Part shown: positions 26,168 to 39,654 of the stretch, one piece after another | Position numbering within the stretch: the first letter of the stretch is position 1 | Layout of the letters: each line of letters starts with the position of its first letter | Assembly (NCBI RefSeq): GCF_006345805.1 | Contig: NC_043008.1 | Location: 41,292,001 to 41,356,000 of the forward strand | DNA length: 64,000 bases | Direction: 5' to 3' | Origin: Octopus sinensis | Taxonomy: Eukaryota | Notes under the pieces: model-generated | Databases searched by the model: none | Told to the model about the DNA's origin: nothing | Seen by the model: the letters and a program-made list of their open reading frames with translations, nothing else | Program-made: the position numbers and the translations under genes

Positions 26168-26934
26168 TATGTATATATATTATGTATATGTGTGTGTATA
26201 TATAAATAAAGAAATAAACAGATATACGTGTATATGTATCGGCGTACCTTTACCATTAATGGTTCGAAACTGTGTATTACCATTTGGTTGATAACTGATG
26301 AAGAATTAGGGACCTTCTGCGCCTGTTTGCCGTCCGGGTGTACATCCAGAATACGTATACATTTTTTACCTGTCGTTGTTTATTTACAATACATTTTTCA
26401 TTTAAGTAACGGAACGCAACGCGTTTGATTACATATATATATATATATATACAAAATAAGAAAATTGAGGAATAGATTTCTTTCAATCATCAACTACTAG
26501 ATAATACCAATTCATATAATTTATTAACTTATTATTTAGGAACATCCAGATCAAACAGTATAATGCAGAATAAAACAGTACACATCAATAAGCAAGATAA
26601 TACCATAAGAACAATACATATAAATATAAAATGGATCTTACAGCTGTTTCAGCCTGTAGATAAGATTACCTCATTATGCTCATATTAGTCAGATGTATTG
26701 AGGTAATATGCAGTTTTAAATGAGTTACTTATATATAACTATTCCTCCATTTTCTTATTTTGTATTATGAATTTGAGGTAAAACATTTTACCTTCGCCCA
26801 TATGATACAATAAATGTATTAATTGCATTGGAATTCTTAGCATTTATGTATTAGCCACTCTGGGTACTTCACTGGCAGTATATTGGATAAATGATATCCC
26901 ATAGTGGGTTACACTCATAACCCCTATCTCACTT

Positions 26935-26993
<59 letters not shown>

Positions 26994-26999
26994 GCGAGT

Positions 27000-27207
27000 G
27001 TTTACGGAAAAAAACAAAAGACGAAGACGAGTGGTGTACAAAACAAACAGATGTATTAGTATAACGCTCAGGAATAGAAAAAGTCTTTTACGTTTCGAGC
27101 CGATGCTCTTCTACAGAAAGGGACACAAAACAAGGAGAGGAACAAGGAGAGAAAAAAAGGAGAGAAAGAGTAGTGGCTAGCGATCTATCATTGCGGATGA
27201 TAGATCG
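27000..27207 (-). mobile_element. Penelope-LTR-like repeat fragment with variant hammerhead (27085-27120)
   Basis: Reverse complement CTTT-CTGTAGA-A-GAGC atcg GCTC-GAAA-CG-TA-AAAG; all helices pair but the core is CUGUAGA (A6U). Confidence 0.5.
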
Positions 27208-27250
<43 letters not shown>

Positions 27251-27606
27251 AAGTTATATATATATATATACATATATGAGAAGTTTTAGTATACCCTACC
27301 AGTATATGCTCAACATTTTATTTACACTATAAGATCCCTTTAAATAGGCATCACATTGAATTACTCTCTGCCCACTATGCATTTGTAATTACAAAACAGA
27401 GAAACCCATCGGAATTTACATTCCATAGACAAGCAGCCTTATTACCCATTCTACACAGCACATTCCTTGGATAATGGAACAACAATTCTAGCATCCAACA
27501 TGCATTTTTATTCTCATGTTTCCCTTCATACTTCTTATGTCGCTCCCTTTGCAAATTAAATTCTTATATTGAACGCTAAAATTTCCTTTCTATTTAACTC
27601 TCGCGT

Positions 27607-27658
27607 ATCACCCCTGATGATGAGATATCTTTTAATATGCCTGAAACAGCTGTAAGAT
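27607..27658 (+). ncRNA. Degenerate hammerhead motif
   Basis: CTGATGA(27614-20)...GAAA(27643-46)-CAGCTG-TA-agat; perfect palindrome ACAGCTGT, but stems I and II are poorly paired; the same 3' half is present at 26636-26653 (minus). Confidence 0.4.
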
Positions 27659-27723
27659 TACCGTTCGCTTTATAAATGTCCTAGAAATTTCACACTGCAT
27701 TGGCTCTGTTGTCTCACTGCATT

Positions 27724-27801
<78 letters not shown>

Positions 27802-27809
27802 TAAAAATA

Positions 27810-27925
27810 CAAACTGGGACAAGAACGTAAAACATTTAGAAGACGATACAAAAAACACGGACGGGACATTCGAAGCCTTCAATCTTCAGTCAAGAACCGG
27901 ATCATCCTAGCAATTTCGGCTGATA
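27810..27925. repeat. Interspersed repeat fragment shared with 47545-47740
   Basis: ACAAGAACGTAA...GACGATACAAAAAA...TCAATC.TCAGTC.AG...GCA.TTTCGG in both. Confidence 0.6.
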
Positions 27926-27981
27926 TATATATATGTATATACATATATATATACACATATATATGCATATATACAGAGAGT

Positions 27982-28024
<43 letters not shown>

Positions 28025-28035
28025 CAATGTTATTT

Positions 28036-28190
28036 TCAAAACGTTTAGATAAAGAAAAACTTTTTAAAGAGTAGAATGGTAGCAACCTTTAGGAACGAAT
28101 TTCGTAAGTTCCTTTGAGAAACTCTTTCCAAAAGGTTAGTACCATTCTACTCTCTAAAATATATTTATTTTTTTTATCTGAACGTTTTGA
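28036..28190. repeat. MITE-like imperfect inverted repeat (~60-bp arms, ~30-nt spacer)
   Basis: TCAAAACGTTTAGATAAA..GAGTAGAATGGTAGCAACCTTTAGGAA vs reverse complement of 28126-28190. Confidence 0.8.
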
Positions 28191-28235
28191 TAAAATCTTT
28201 CTCTATTTAATATAACTGTATCAAGAAATTTCCTG

Positions 28236-28272
<37 letters not shown>

Positions 28273-29189
28273 CATGTATATGTATGTATATATTTAATCA
28301 CATACATACACACACACACATATATATACATATATATACACGGCTATATATATATAGATAGTACATAGTATGTTTAAATTTCTACACGTATGTATATGTA
28401 TATTCATATATAAGATATAAATATGTGTGTGTGTGTGTGTGAATACAGTAGTGGTGTAATAACAAAGACGAATAATGTTAATTAAATAGCACACAAATTT
28501 TAATCTTAATCTACTGTATTCACATGAATGTTCCTCGTAGTTATAAAAATCCCTGCTGATGAAAACGAATCACATATCTCTTTATACTTCATTAATTACA
28601 CTTTGATTTTGGGTATAGCAAATTTCAGTTAACTTCTTTTCAATTTCACAGATTTGCATTAAGTCTTCTTTGCCTTTACTAATATATGTATGCCTGTGTG
28701 TGTTTGTTGGTGCGCTTGTACGTGTTTGTATGTGTGTATCGTTTTCCGCTCCCAACTTTCGATATTTGCCGTGTAAATACCGCATAACTAACTGAATGCT
28801 GTGCAACTTTAGCAACAACTGTCACAGCTGCAATTGTTTATTCGAGTCGTGTATTTGAAATGATTTTAAAATATGTTTTCTACTTCAGATGTCATATGAA
28901 AGAAATCTTCCACATTTGCAATGCTTTAAGGAAAAATAATCATACAATAAACTTGCATATACGACGCTCAAGAGTCACTTCACTTTGAATCATTCGCGTA
29001 GCAACCTACTAGACACAGCACCGAATTTAGAACTTGCAGGGTCCGGAGTACTTAAAGTACGTGTGCCAATTATATACAGAAATTAAAATATATAAAAAAT
29101 CATTATATTTACATCTCAAAATCGGCCAATATCATGTAATTGAAATTGACTAGTTAGCATATAGAATGTTTAAATGCATCTGTCAATAC

Positions 29190-31150
29190 CTTCAAATAAG
29201 TAGAGAAAATTTTTGCAATGAAATGGCAAAATATTCTACTACAATACATACAAAAATACTTTCTTTTGTATAGTTGCTATCTGAAAAATCTGAAGAATTT
29301 TTAATTATTTCCTCGAACTCTATCGTCTTTAGAAAACTGATTTTTCTACATCCAAAAAGCACCAAGTACTTAATCTTTCGTACTTCATTGTGGTTCTTAA
29401 ATAATTCATCAGTCCCAATTTTCTGAATGACTCTCTTTTGCACAAATAGTGACGAAGCTCAAATGTATTCTCAGAGCTCCAGTTTGAGAGGTTTCAACAA
29501 GCCCTTCATTAGTCTAAAACGCTAGTTGAGATGGGGAGTGAATCATAATCGAAGCTTACAGAAAGCTGCATACTGTGCAAGTTTTTCTATGAACACATTA
29601 CGCGATTCACAGTGGAAAGTAGTGATGTGATTCCCTCTTTCAGTTCTCAACTCTGCATCACAAATCTATATTAGCCCTCTATAATTTTCACCTTGTCATG
29701 CATAGTTTGATTGACTATCTTTTGTTGTTTTAAGGTGTATAACAACAGATATAAAATGACATGGAATCAGCAGCTGATTTTTTTTCTGCAGAAAGTGCAA
29801 CTTTCTCCGAGGTTGGTGCTAGGTTTTCATCTGAGGTTGGTGTAATATACCCTTATTTGGTCTTTTCTTGAAACATTTATACCATGTTTCCACACATGTT
29901 CCGGCATGCAATTCCAACCCATCCTAATTATCATGATGTGATTTTAGAAAGTTCTTCAAGAAATTAGTTAGATCCACCACTTTATTCAAATGAACTTAAA
30001 GCCTTATTTGTCCTGTTAATCCATACAATAGTTAAATTCCAGGTCCTAACCATTAGAGCAGTTTCAAGTTCATTTTGTCTGGCAATCCCCGAGCTTCATA
30101 TCTTGTTTTAGGTGTATATTCTAAATCTTCAGTACCTCTGAATGCATTTTGAATGTAATCATATCCATCTACGATGGCTTCAGTATTATGAGCTTCTCCT
30201 GACCAACGAGTTTCAGGCAAAGATTACGAAATTAGTTCTCCCAAATATTTCATCTGTGTGTTAACGCATAAGCCAAATCATCGAACAGATTCAAGACAAC
30301 AAGAAGCAGTAATATATTCAACGAGATTCAAAAACTGAGCAGAACAGGGAACGACTGATGTAGACAAGTTCTTCTACTTAAACCTGGCTTGCATTCCTAT
30401 GTAGTAATCGGATATACTACTAGAGCTTTCATAGGACTCTCCTTGCACTCTTGCACATTTATTCGCTATTTTTTAAGTACTTCCAATAGAGAGGTGGCCA
30501 GTACTGCTGCTTTATGAGAACCAGTCTGCAAGAAAGTTAGAAACACTTCTATCTGCTTCCCAGAAACATAATCTTGCATTATAACTATCAGTTAATGAAT
30601 ATGAGCGCAGTCTGATGTTAAATATACAGAAAACGATAAATACTTGGAAGTTCCAAGTTTTGGTATAATATCATTCACTTATTTTGCATAATGATAAATA
30701 TGACAGCTTGCCACTTCCTGGGTTGCGAAATGCGTTCATGTAACCCATTAGAAATACTTCAGCAAAAGGATAGGTTTCAGGGAGACTCGTGTATTTCATA
30801 GATCTCCCTAAACTTCAAACAACCATATGACGATATTTGAGCTAACAGCTCTACAAAAAATTGGCCATTTTTTGCTAATAAAAATGGCAACTGCAGATGT
30901 AACAGATGAAATCATTTTGTGAGAGTAGAGAGTTTTGGGATAGTAATTAAAGTTTGTTGCTGTTAGTGATGTCCATGAGTTATTTTCATGTTTCGAATTT
31001 TTTCTGATTTTTTTTTCAATCAGCCTATTTACGACCAGGAACTTATAGCAGTAGACATCCGCTGCAATTACAATTAATGTTAAAGAGAGATAGTTGAAAA
31101 CCGGTGGCCATAGACAAGTTGAAATATAAAAATGAAGAATAGTAACAGCA
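29190..31150 (-). mobile_element. Decayed hAT-superfamily transposase (TTF-zinc-finger, ZMYM1-like type)
   Basis: Minus strand, colinear: LYSQNDFICYICSCHF (ZnF_TTF-like); EVFLTFLQTGSHKAAVLATSLLEVLKK*RINVQECKGESYESSSSISDYYIGMQARF..VPCSAQFLNLV (cf. CRGQSYDNASNMSG..GMQARI..PCxAHSLNLV); KESFRKLGLMNYLRTTMKYERLS (dimerisation domain); many stops. Confidence 0.88.
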
Positions 31151-31939
31151 ACAATGACAGGTACTAAATCACATATCATCAGTGGATGTTATTTTGCGAA
31201 CACAAGGAAATAACCATAATAGCAAATTGGTAGGATGAGGACGACAAAAATTATAAGAAAAAAAATGCAAGAAAAGGTCAGGTTTAATGGAATACAAAAA
31301 AAAAACTGAACGAGACATATTCCAAACTTGAAAGGAAGAAAATATTGTTTTTATCTGCGGAGTGCTGTTTTGCGAAAAAGATGATTTTATAATTAAAACA
31401 GTAAAATAAGAATTAAGAGTTTGGAGGCCAAACAGTCTTACTTCTTTCTTTGTAAATATGATCAGCGTACCAAAACACTTCTATGTCGATCAGAATAAAG
31501 AGTGAGTGTATATATGAGTACGAGTTTGGTTAAGTTTCTGTGTGTGTGCTTATGTGTGTGCGTGTTTGTGTGTGTGTGTCTACGTGCGCAGGTGTCTGTT
31601 TTAATCGCAAGTACAAAAATATGAAATTTACGGGTCAACATAGGGTCAAACAAATTCTGTCTATCCATCAATTTCATATAGATAGATGCAAATATTCTCT
31701 CTATAAAAACAAACAAGTTTTATAGAGGCCAGAAACGATATGGTTCATGAGACAGTTCCTCGTCCCTAAGATGTTATACTATTAAAAATCACACATATGT
31801 GGAAACTGTTTAATGCATTAATATCAATATAAACAGACCTTTAGACGCTCAAGGCATTTACAACGTCATCTATTTCTTTAATAAAACAGCTTGTCCGAAT
31901 TTGTACGAGTGAACTTTTATTCTTTTATCATTTTAATTG

Positions 31940-32232
31940 TTCCAATCATTTGACTGCGACCGTGCTGAAGAACCGCCTTGATCTTATTTGTTAAGCATAC
32001 TACTATCGGTCTCTTTTGTCGAGCCGCTATGTTACAAGGATGTAAACAATTCAACGCCGGTTGTAAAGCGGTGATGAGGAGCAAACCGACACAAAGTCAC
32101 ACACACACACACATATATAGCTACACACATAAACATATCACTGCTTTGTTTTCGAGGCTATAATGAAAGACACTTGCCCAAGGTGCCACGCAGCGGATAT
32201 GAACTCGGGACTATGTGGATGGGAAGCAAGCA
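31940..32232 (-). mobile_element. OR2-like composite SINE, diverged and internally deleted
   Basis: GACACTTGCCCAAGGTGCCACGCAG, TCGGTCTCTTTTGTCGAGCCGCTA. Confidence 0.8.
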
Positions 32233-32238
32233 TCATAT

Positions 32239-32284
<46 letters not shown>

Positions 32285-32286
32285 GA

Positions 32287-32455
32287 TATCAGGGTAATAA
32301 AATTTTTAGAAATTTTTACTACCAGTGGCCTAGCGTGTAGAAAAATTAATCAATAGACAATATATTTTTCATATAAATACAGTGTACATTTAAACATAGA
32401 AAAGATATCCGTCATAGGATTCCTGGCGCGCTAGAAGGAACAGTCAAAATCCAAA
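32287..32455. repeat. Unclassified interspersed repeat (copies at 39655-39885 and, degenerate, 13560-13690)
   Basis: Shared TTTTACTACCAGTGGCCTAGCGTG..AAAA..TCAATAGAC and AGAAGGAA.AGT..AAATCCAA. Confidence 0.8.
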
Positions 32456-32794
32456 CCACTATTAGGGATAAACTTCGAAGGGAATGAAGGACCCCGTTTC
32501 TGAGGACCCCGTGGTTGTGTCCGATTAGTATCTGCGAAGCCCGTGTCTGTGTGTATCACGTACAACAAGAGATGGGAACGATGATTCCCTTCGCAAATAT
32601 TAATCGGACGCAGGCAGTGTTTTGTTTAGCCAGCTGGAGGAGATGTCTTCCTGGGGCTATGAACAACAGTTGCAACGTCCGCTACAAGTCCGCCTCATTT
32701 AGGTGGCAAATATACTTCACGATTCCGTGCTGCTACTGTCTCCTTCTCGCTCAAATATTTATTATTGGTATCTCTCTCCCCCTCTCTCTCACTC

Positions 32795-32848
<54 letters not shown>

Positions 32849-32865
32849 ATATATATATATATATA

Positions 32866-32904
<39 letters not shown>

Positions 32905-35444
32905 AATATGTGTGTGGTGTGTGTGTGTGTGTGTGTGTGGTGTGTGTGTGCGTGTGTGTGTGTTTTGTGTGTCTACATACGAATTCTTTTATGCCTGTTC
33001 CAGATGTTTTAGAATTACCTTTCTGAAAACTGAAAAACGTTATTATCTAAATATGGAGAATAAATAGAAAACACTGAAAGCGGGGCTGCATTTCCTTGCA
33101 CAATAGGAAATATTGAACATAAAAATAACAAAATTGTATGAAGTAATTAGAAAAACATCATATATAATATATATATACACATACATATACTTGCTATACA
33201 AATATATCCTTTTGGTTGCAATTACCGGAAACCGATTGACACTTAAATGAGAAGCAAAACTTGACTTTATATCATAGGCAGGTTCAACCCGTTCACCTAT
33301 ATGTGATGTAATGAATCTTTGACCTATATTCCCCGCGTTGATAAATATACGTGAAACTATAAGACCATAATGTGTTTTTAGTATTGATAAGTATTGGTAC
33401 ACTAATACGCATTATAGTTCGAAAAATTAATTGATTTTGAAACAAGTATTAACGAAAGAGATAGCTAGAAATCAAACACGTATTTTGTTACCTACACGAC
33501 AAAATTACAAAATATTCTCGAAGAAAGGAAGTATGACTGAATTTCTCTCCGGGATATAACGGGTGCAACACAGCAATATATTTATCAAAAGTTGTTAAGT
33601 ATTAATGAATAAAAATGTCTTTTGAACCACAGAATTTCTAGCCAAGAAACCACCTTTATATGGAGAATTGATTATAACCAACTCTCCCAGAAGAAATTTG
33701 AAGCCGCTAATACAATCTGCGTTATTTCCCCAATATTTGCCTTTAATAATTTGATTTACGATTGGAATAATACAAGCGCTTTTAATTTAATTAGCTGTTT
33801 TCCCGAAGCGGTTCATTAGGTGAAAGTTAGATATGCCCCTGAGTTCCATGCTGGTTGTCAAATAGTAGCGAAGAATTTTTGTTCTGACTACTAACACAAT
33901 AAATATGATTTAGTTTAGTTGATTCATTTTAATTTGGATCTGTGGATTGCGAATGAAATATCAAAAAGAGAAGCAGTTATATACGTTTGACATGTGCCAT
34001 CATTGTAGGTGTCAAGAGTATATAACCTATTCGTAAACGATCGCACTAGATTATTTATATACAAATTAAATATTCATTTTATTCTGTCATTTAATGTGGA
34101 GAGATGCATAAATTAATTTTTCATTGTTGACATATTCCGTGTTATAAAGGAAAAACCTCTCACAAAACTATAATCTTGGAGAAATTTATAGCTTCAAGTT
34201 CGGGCAATGTTTGTGAGAATTTTATCAAATATATTTGTTTCTGTTTGTAAAAGAAAAAAAAAGCAGAACAGATTAATTAAATAACTACTAAATATTATAT
34301 ACTAGAAAAACGATTGAATGTGAGAACGTGAAATTTTAGAGTTCTGTCAATACATGTAGGAGTTCAATTCATTGTTTAATTATTTCCAAGCTGCATTTTA
34401 AAACGTTCTCTTTTTTTTCAAGCTTAAACCGCAGGATCCGTACAACCATCATTATATTGTCTAATACACAAGATCATCAATAGAGGCACAGTTGCTGCAA
34501 AACGTTACTAGTTAGCAGTACGAATCTAGAGAAATGTATATCAAATCATGAACTTTCAGATGCTTCTTATCATCTTAGAAACACAAAAACATTAAGGTTG
34601 TTAGGAACAGTATTCCATCTGTAGAACAAATACAAATATAGTGAAGTGAAGCCACTAATTTACCAAATAAATGTAAAAAACGATTTCGAGGAAGATACGT
34701 CTATAATAACTAGATATGTTACACGTATCGAATCAGTCTCAAATTACTTCATATACTGCTACATTTTCTTATTTTTCTTCCTTTTTAGTTGTATTTATCC
34801 CTGACCGGAGACCAAAAGCATTCCACGATTTAAATGTCTCAATTCAGGCAATATATATGTCCAAAGATACATTGTGCTACTTTCTTATGGGGTACTGTAT
34901 AATTTTTGAATGTTTGCAGTGTTAATGCTCAGAATACGCAAGAAGTTTCGATAATGAATGTCAAAATAATTGAAATTATATATATATAATTTTGTTCGTT
35001 GGACAGGAATCTTTAATGATGTTGGTGAAAAGGAATATATGATTACGTACAGAGATATTTGTGAGATTCTCAGACACATTGTTAGAAAGTTTAAGGAGAA
35101 AATTGTATTGATATACCTTAAATGAATCTAAACGAAAAAGAGAGTGAAAAATAATGATATGTTATAAAATATATAGCAAGACACCTGGACGAAATGTTAC
35201 TTCGAATATAAGAATACAGAATCGAAAAAAAATATTTAGAACAATCCAGAAATATACAATTAGAAATAGAAAGATATACCTTCCCAAGCACCCAGAAACG
35301 TTATTGGGCATCAAGTTATATTATACAACTCACCGACGGAGGCGAAGGAAAGCTATTAGTAAATTGAAGAAACAACCTCTCACAAAACTATAATCATAAA
35401 TGTTCTACTTTTCCCCCATAGATGTCTTCCTGCCCATGTGCTTG

Positions 35445-35490
<46 letters not shown>

Positions 35491-35700
35491 ATATATATAC
35501 AGGCGCGTATATTTATATATACGCCCGCTTACTGTTGTTTCTCTGTAGACTTTTTCAGAGTTAATGGTGGTTTAAATGAGGGTTTTAACTCCTCTTTCTA
35601 GCAGGGCAGGTAGGCGCCTTATGATAAATACGTGTTGTATATATATGTGTGTGTGTGTATGTGTGTGTGTGTATGTGTGTGTGTGTGCGTGTGTGTGTGC

Positions 35701-35742
<42 letters not shown>

Positions 35743-35743
35743 A

Positions 35744-36205
35744 CAGCCATGGCCAAAAGTATTAGGTCACCACAATATTTTCGAGTTCTGCTATATCAAT
35801 GTTAATGGAACTCGTGCACGTTGTAGATTATGGTATATTTCACCATATACATTAGTTTTAATATCTGGTTGACCATCCTTTAGCATCAATTACCACTTTT
35901 ACACTCTTCTGTACATTTGCAACCAATTATGAGTAAGACCAACGTCCAAACTTAACATATTTTTCCGTGATCATTTCAGAGTTTTATTCTACAATACGTT
36001 GTAGATGCAGTTAATAAACAGTAAAATGCCTAAAACAAGGGAGGTGAGTGAGTGTGAGCGAGTTCAAATCGTAGCTCATCCTGATGATGTAATGTCTCAA
36101 AGGCAAATTCGTCAGAAGATGAAATGTCCTCGATGTGTGGTACAAACGACTCTCAGGTGCTTCAGAGAGACAAAAGCTGCGAAGACAATACAAAGAACAG
36201 GTAGA
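35744..36205 (+). mobile_element. Tc1-like element left end (TIR plus N-terminal HTH)
   Basis: TA|CAGCCATGGCCAAAAGTATT terminus; MPKTREVSECERVQIV..SQRQI..KCPRCVVQTTLRCFRET..RTGR. Confidence 0.8.
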
Positions 36206-36525
36206 ATCGTTACTGGCGACGAAAATGGTGTCTTTATAGCAATATGAAGCAGCGTAAGGAATGGCTTAACCCCGGTAAGCAATCGATGCCGTGCGTAAAG
36301 CAAAATCTTCATCCACGTAAAACGATGTTGTGCGTATGGAGGGACTGAGAAGGGATTATCCATTACGAATTACTTGAACGGAAACAAACGGTTAACGTGG
36401 AACTCTATCTTCAACAGATGGAACGACTCAACACGGCTATTCAAGAGAAAAGGCCTAATCGGCAGCATGAAGTTCTTCTGCTGCACGACAACGCCCTCCC
36501 TCGTATCTCCAGATTGACCAAGGCT
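36206..36525 (+). mobile_element. mariner (DD34D-type) catalytic-domain fragment
   Basis: IVTGDE then, after a 1-nt frameshift, WCLYSNMKQRKEWL..LHPRKTMLCVW..GIIHYELLERKQTVNVELYLQQMERLNTAIQEKRPNRQHEVLLLHDNA. Confidence 0.88.
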
Positions 36526-36619
36526 CAAACAAACCAAGAATAGTTGACTGACAATTTTCATGAGCACGTAACCTGTAACATTTTGAATCTAAGCTGAGGA
36601 TATCTCAAAAAATTACAGT

Positions 36620-36810
36620 ACTATGTGTAGAGCGTATTTGGGAGAGACCGAGGTCAATCAATATCCCTATAACACCAACGATCGTTTGAAAGCCTCCATA
36701 GTCAGGGTCATATCTGGTATGAACCAAAATTATTTGATTCAGGCATGTAGACGATTCACAGCTCGCACAGAAGCACTTATTGATGCTGAATGTAGCTGCA
36801 TAGCATAAGA
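36620..36810 (+). mobile_element. Tc1/mariner (DD37D/maT-like) transposase C-terminus
   Basis: ETEVNQYPYNTNDRLKASIVRVISGMNQNYLIQACRRFTARTEALIDAEC (cf. PHNTxxSLKAAIxxxMxxMxxxxLIRACxRFRxRIEAVIEAEG). Confidence 0.7.
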
Positions 36811-37296
36811 TTATAATATCTACATTATATGTACAATTGTTCATTTTATTAAGCTGTTTCCTGTTATGATATGTATGTTTTCGTAGGCAAAATCACATTC
36901 TCCTCAAATACCTTTATAGATTTCAGGGGAAGCCACTCTGACTTATTTCAAAATGCGAGTGCACGACGTGGTAACTCTAGCGTAAGAGGCATTTCTACTA
37001 AATTCAATATTCCACTATTCTCTGGTCATTGAGTACTTGCTCTTCGGAATGCTATCAAGCAGCACACTTTCAACACAAATATTATATGTGCGTGAATATA
37101 TGTGCATTATGTATGACTGTCTATATGTATGTATATATGTATATATATATATTAATAATATATATATATATATATATCATATATATATATATATATATAT
37201 AATATATAATATATATATATATATATATTATATACATACATACATTCACACATACATATATATATATATATCTATGCATATATATATATATATATA

Positions 37297-37333
<37 letters not shown>

Positions 37334-37984
37334 ATATATATGTATATGTATATATACGTAATGTATATCGTAGTGTATAGTTTTGCCTTTGTTTCTTTAT
37401 GCGTAAATATATCCTATGCTTATTATATTCGGCATAACGTACAAAGTTGGAAGCAATTTGTATTTATGTCGATAATATTGAAGCTAATATTTATTTAACT
37501 ACACTTTATGTAAAATAAGGAAGTCGTATCGGATATTAATTTTGTATGAATGTTGCGTTCTATGGAACATATAAGTTAATAGCGTGCTATCAGTTTGGAA
37601 GCAACGAGGACAGGAAGTCTGGAAATAATTAATGGAAATAATAGCGAAAGTTATAACGCTTACAGTATTTATATATTTAAATATTCAATAGAAAAATGTC
37701 CATCTTTCACCGACGAAGATCTTGCAAAACATGATTTTAATAGAAGGCTGTTGACATGGGATTCATTGTTAAGTGTATAATTGGATTAAATATTTAAAAA
37801 TTCAAAGTAATAACACTTTAAGAAATAGCTTAAAATGTGAAATTAATAACCCCAAAATGCGTGAGGCATCGAGATGAAAAATGTATGACACAGTTATACA
37901 CGACGGAGAAAGAAGTGAAAAAAATGATGGAAGCTATCATGTTCTGAGAGAGCTATTCGTCTATTGCGGGAAAACTAGAAATTT

Positions 37985-38620
37985 ACAATATAGAAATGGT
38001 ACATACATTCCAGAGGCATATGTTTCTCGCCTACGCTCGAAGACATAGAGTCTCAATCTCTTGAGTCTTTCCCAGTATCTTATATGCTGCATAGAGCCTA
38101 TCTTCTTCGTGTAACTTCGTTGGATCGCCTCAAGTTCTGCAATTAAGTTTACACTTATGGGGACCATGACTGGGAGCAATATTCAAAGCGGCTTAGGACA
38201 AATGTGCTACAGAAAACCATCATGGTTTCCTGATCTCACGTTTTAAAAGTTCTAAGAATCCATGCGGTCAGCCGCCCGCCTTTCATTGCCAACTTAGCAA
38301 CATACAAATGGAAGGGAGGCATCATTACTCATGCAAATGCCCATGTCTTGCACTGACTGTGTCTCTGAGATTGCAATACCCCCAACTCCTGTGTATGTAA
38401 TTGGTATTGCATTTAGTTTTGCATGCTGATAGCATAGGGCTTCAAACTGTTCAGCATTAAACCGCACGCTATTCTTCTTAGCCCACTTGTATATTTCATT
38501 TAACTCACATTGCAGGTACATAGCGTATTCGAGTTTCTTTATCAACTGTGAGACTTTTATATCGTCTGCATAACTTGTGATTTTGACTCTCGGAGGACAT
38601 ATCTGAGAGGGCAACTATGA
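37985..38620 (-). mobile_element. Decayed CR1-clade LINE RT C-terminal region
   Basis: SYADDIKV..LQCELNEIYKWAKKNSVRFNAEQF and LEAIQRSYTKKIGSMQHIRYWERLKRLRLYVFERRRE. Confidence 0.88.
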
Positions 38621-39524
38621 ACAGTAGTGGTCGCATAACAGTGTGTTGCTGAACACTACACGATATTTGTGTGTGTATCGTTGCTTTTATGTGTTGTAAG
38701 TCTAAAACATTGCTTTCTCAGAAAACGCAAATTTGGTTTCACCATTCCATAGCAAATCCTTTGTATTACACTTTGACAATTTTTTATATCGTGACATCTG
38801 AAGCACCTGGATATACGATAGCTTGACAAAAAGAACCGGCTATTGTAAGCAAAAATAAGTATTGAATAAACAACCGCATTTGGCCAAATTTGGATATACG
38901 ACAGTTTAACATAGAAACAATGATATGTGTGTGTGCGTGCGTGTGTGTTTGTGTGTATTTTGAAAAGCTTAATACTCGATGGAATGTAAAATTATGTTAT
39001 AGTAAAAGCTAGTAGATGCTATAGAATCAAGAATTATCTTTCTTCACGTGTAATAATTCTGTGGGTTTAAATTACCATTTTCATATTAGAAGTGCTACCA
39101 TGGATACTTTAATATTTTGTGTTCAATATAAAATTATAATATGGTCAACTTATCTGGCGAATATTATTGCTTGAATCACGAAGAGTTCAACTTTCATATT
39201 TATGTCAAAGTTTGTAAATTACTTTCGTTGACTGAATTACGTTCCTCTGTATGTTTGTAATTTCGTGATAATAACGAGATTTTACATTCTGTCGTTGTAG
39301 TATTATCCAGCTATGAGATTACCAGTAATAAAATTATTCCCCGAACACTTTGTGATATCGAAGAACTTCGGAACACACATCGGATACCGGTACAAAGTTG
39401 TTTTTTTTAAGTTGAAAAAGTAACTGAAAATACATATTTTTATTAGAACCATATTGTTTTAATAAGTAAAATTTTCACGTAAACACACACAAATACATAT
39501 TATGCGTGTATATATATATATATT

Positions 39525-39534
39525 ATTATCATTA

Positions 39535-39590
<56 letters not shown>

Positions 39591-39597
39591 AATAATA

Positions 39598-39650
<53 letters not shown>
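39525..39650. repeat. Self-complementary (ATT)n-(AAT)n array
   Basis: Orientation switch near 39587. Confidence 0.9.
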
Positions 39651-39653
<3 letters not shown>

Positions 39654-39654
39654 G

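Noticed and set aside
27870-27925. GAAA...CTGAAGA order (also 47650-47700) suggesting type II HHR
   Set aside because: Stems I and III cannot be formed
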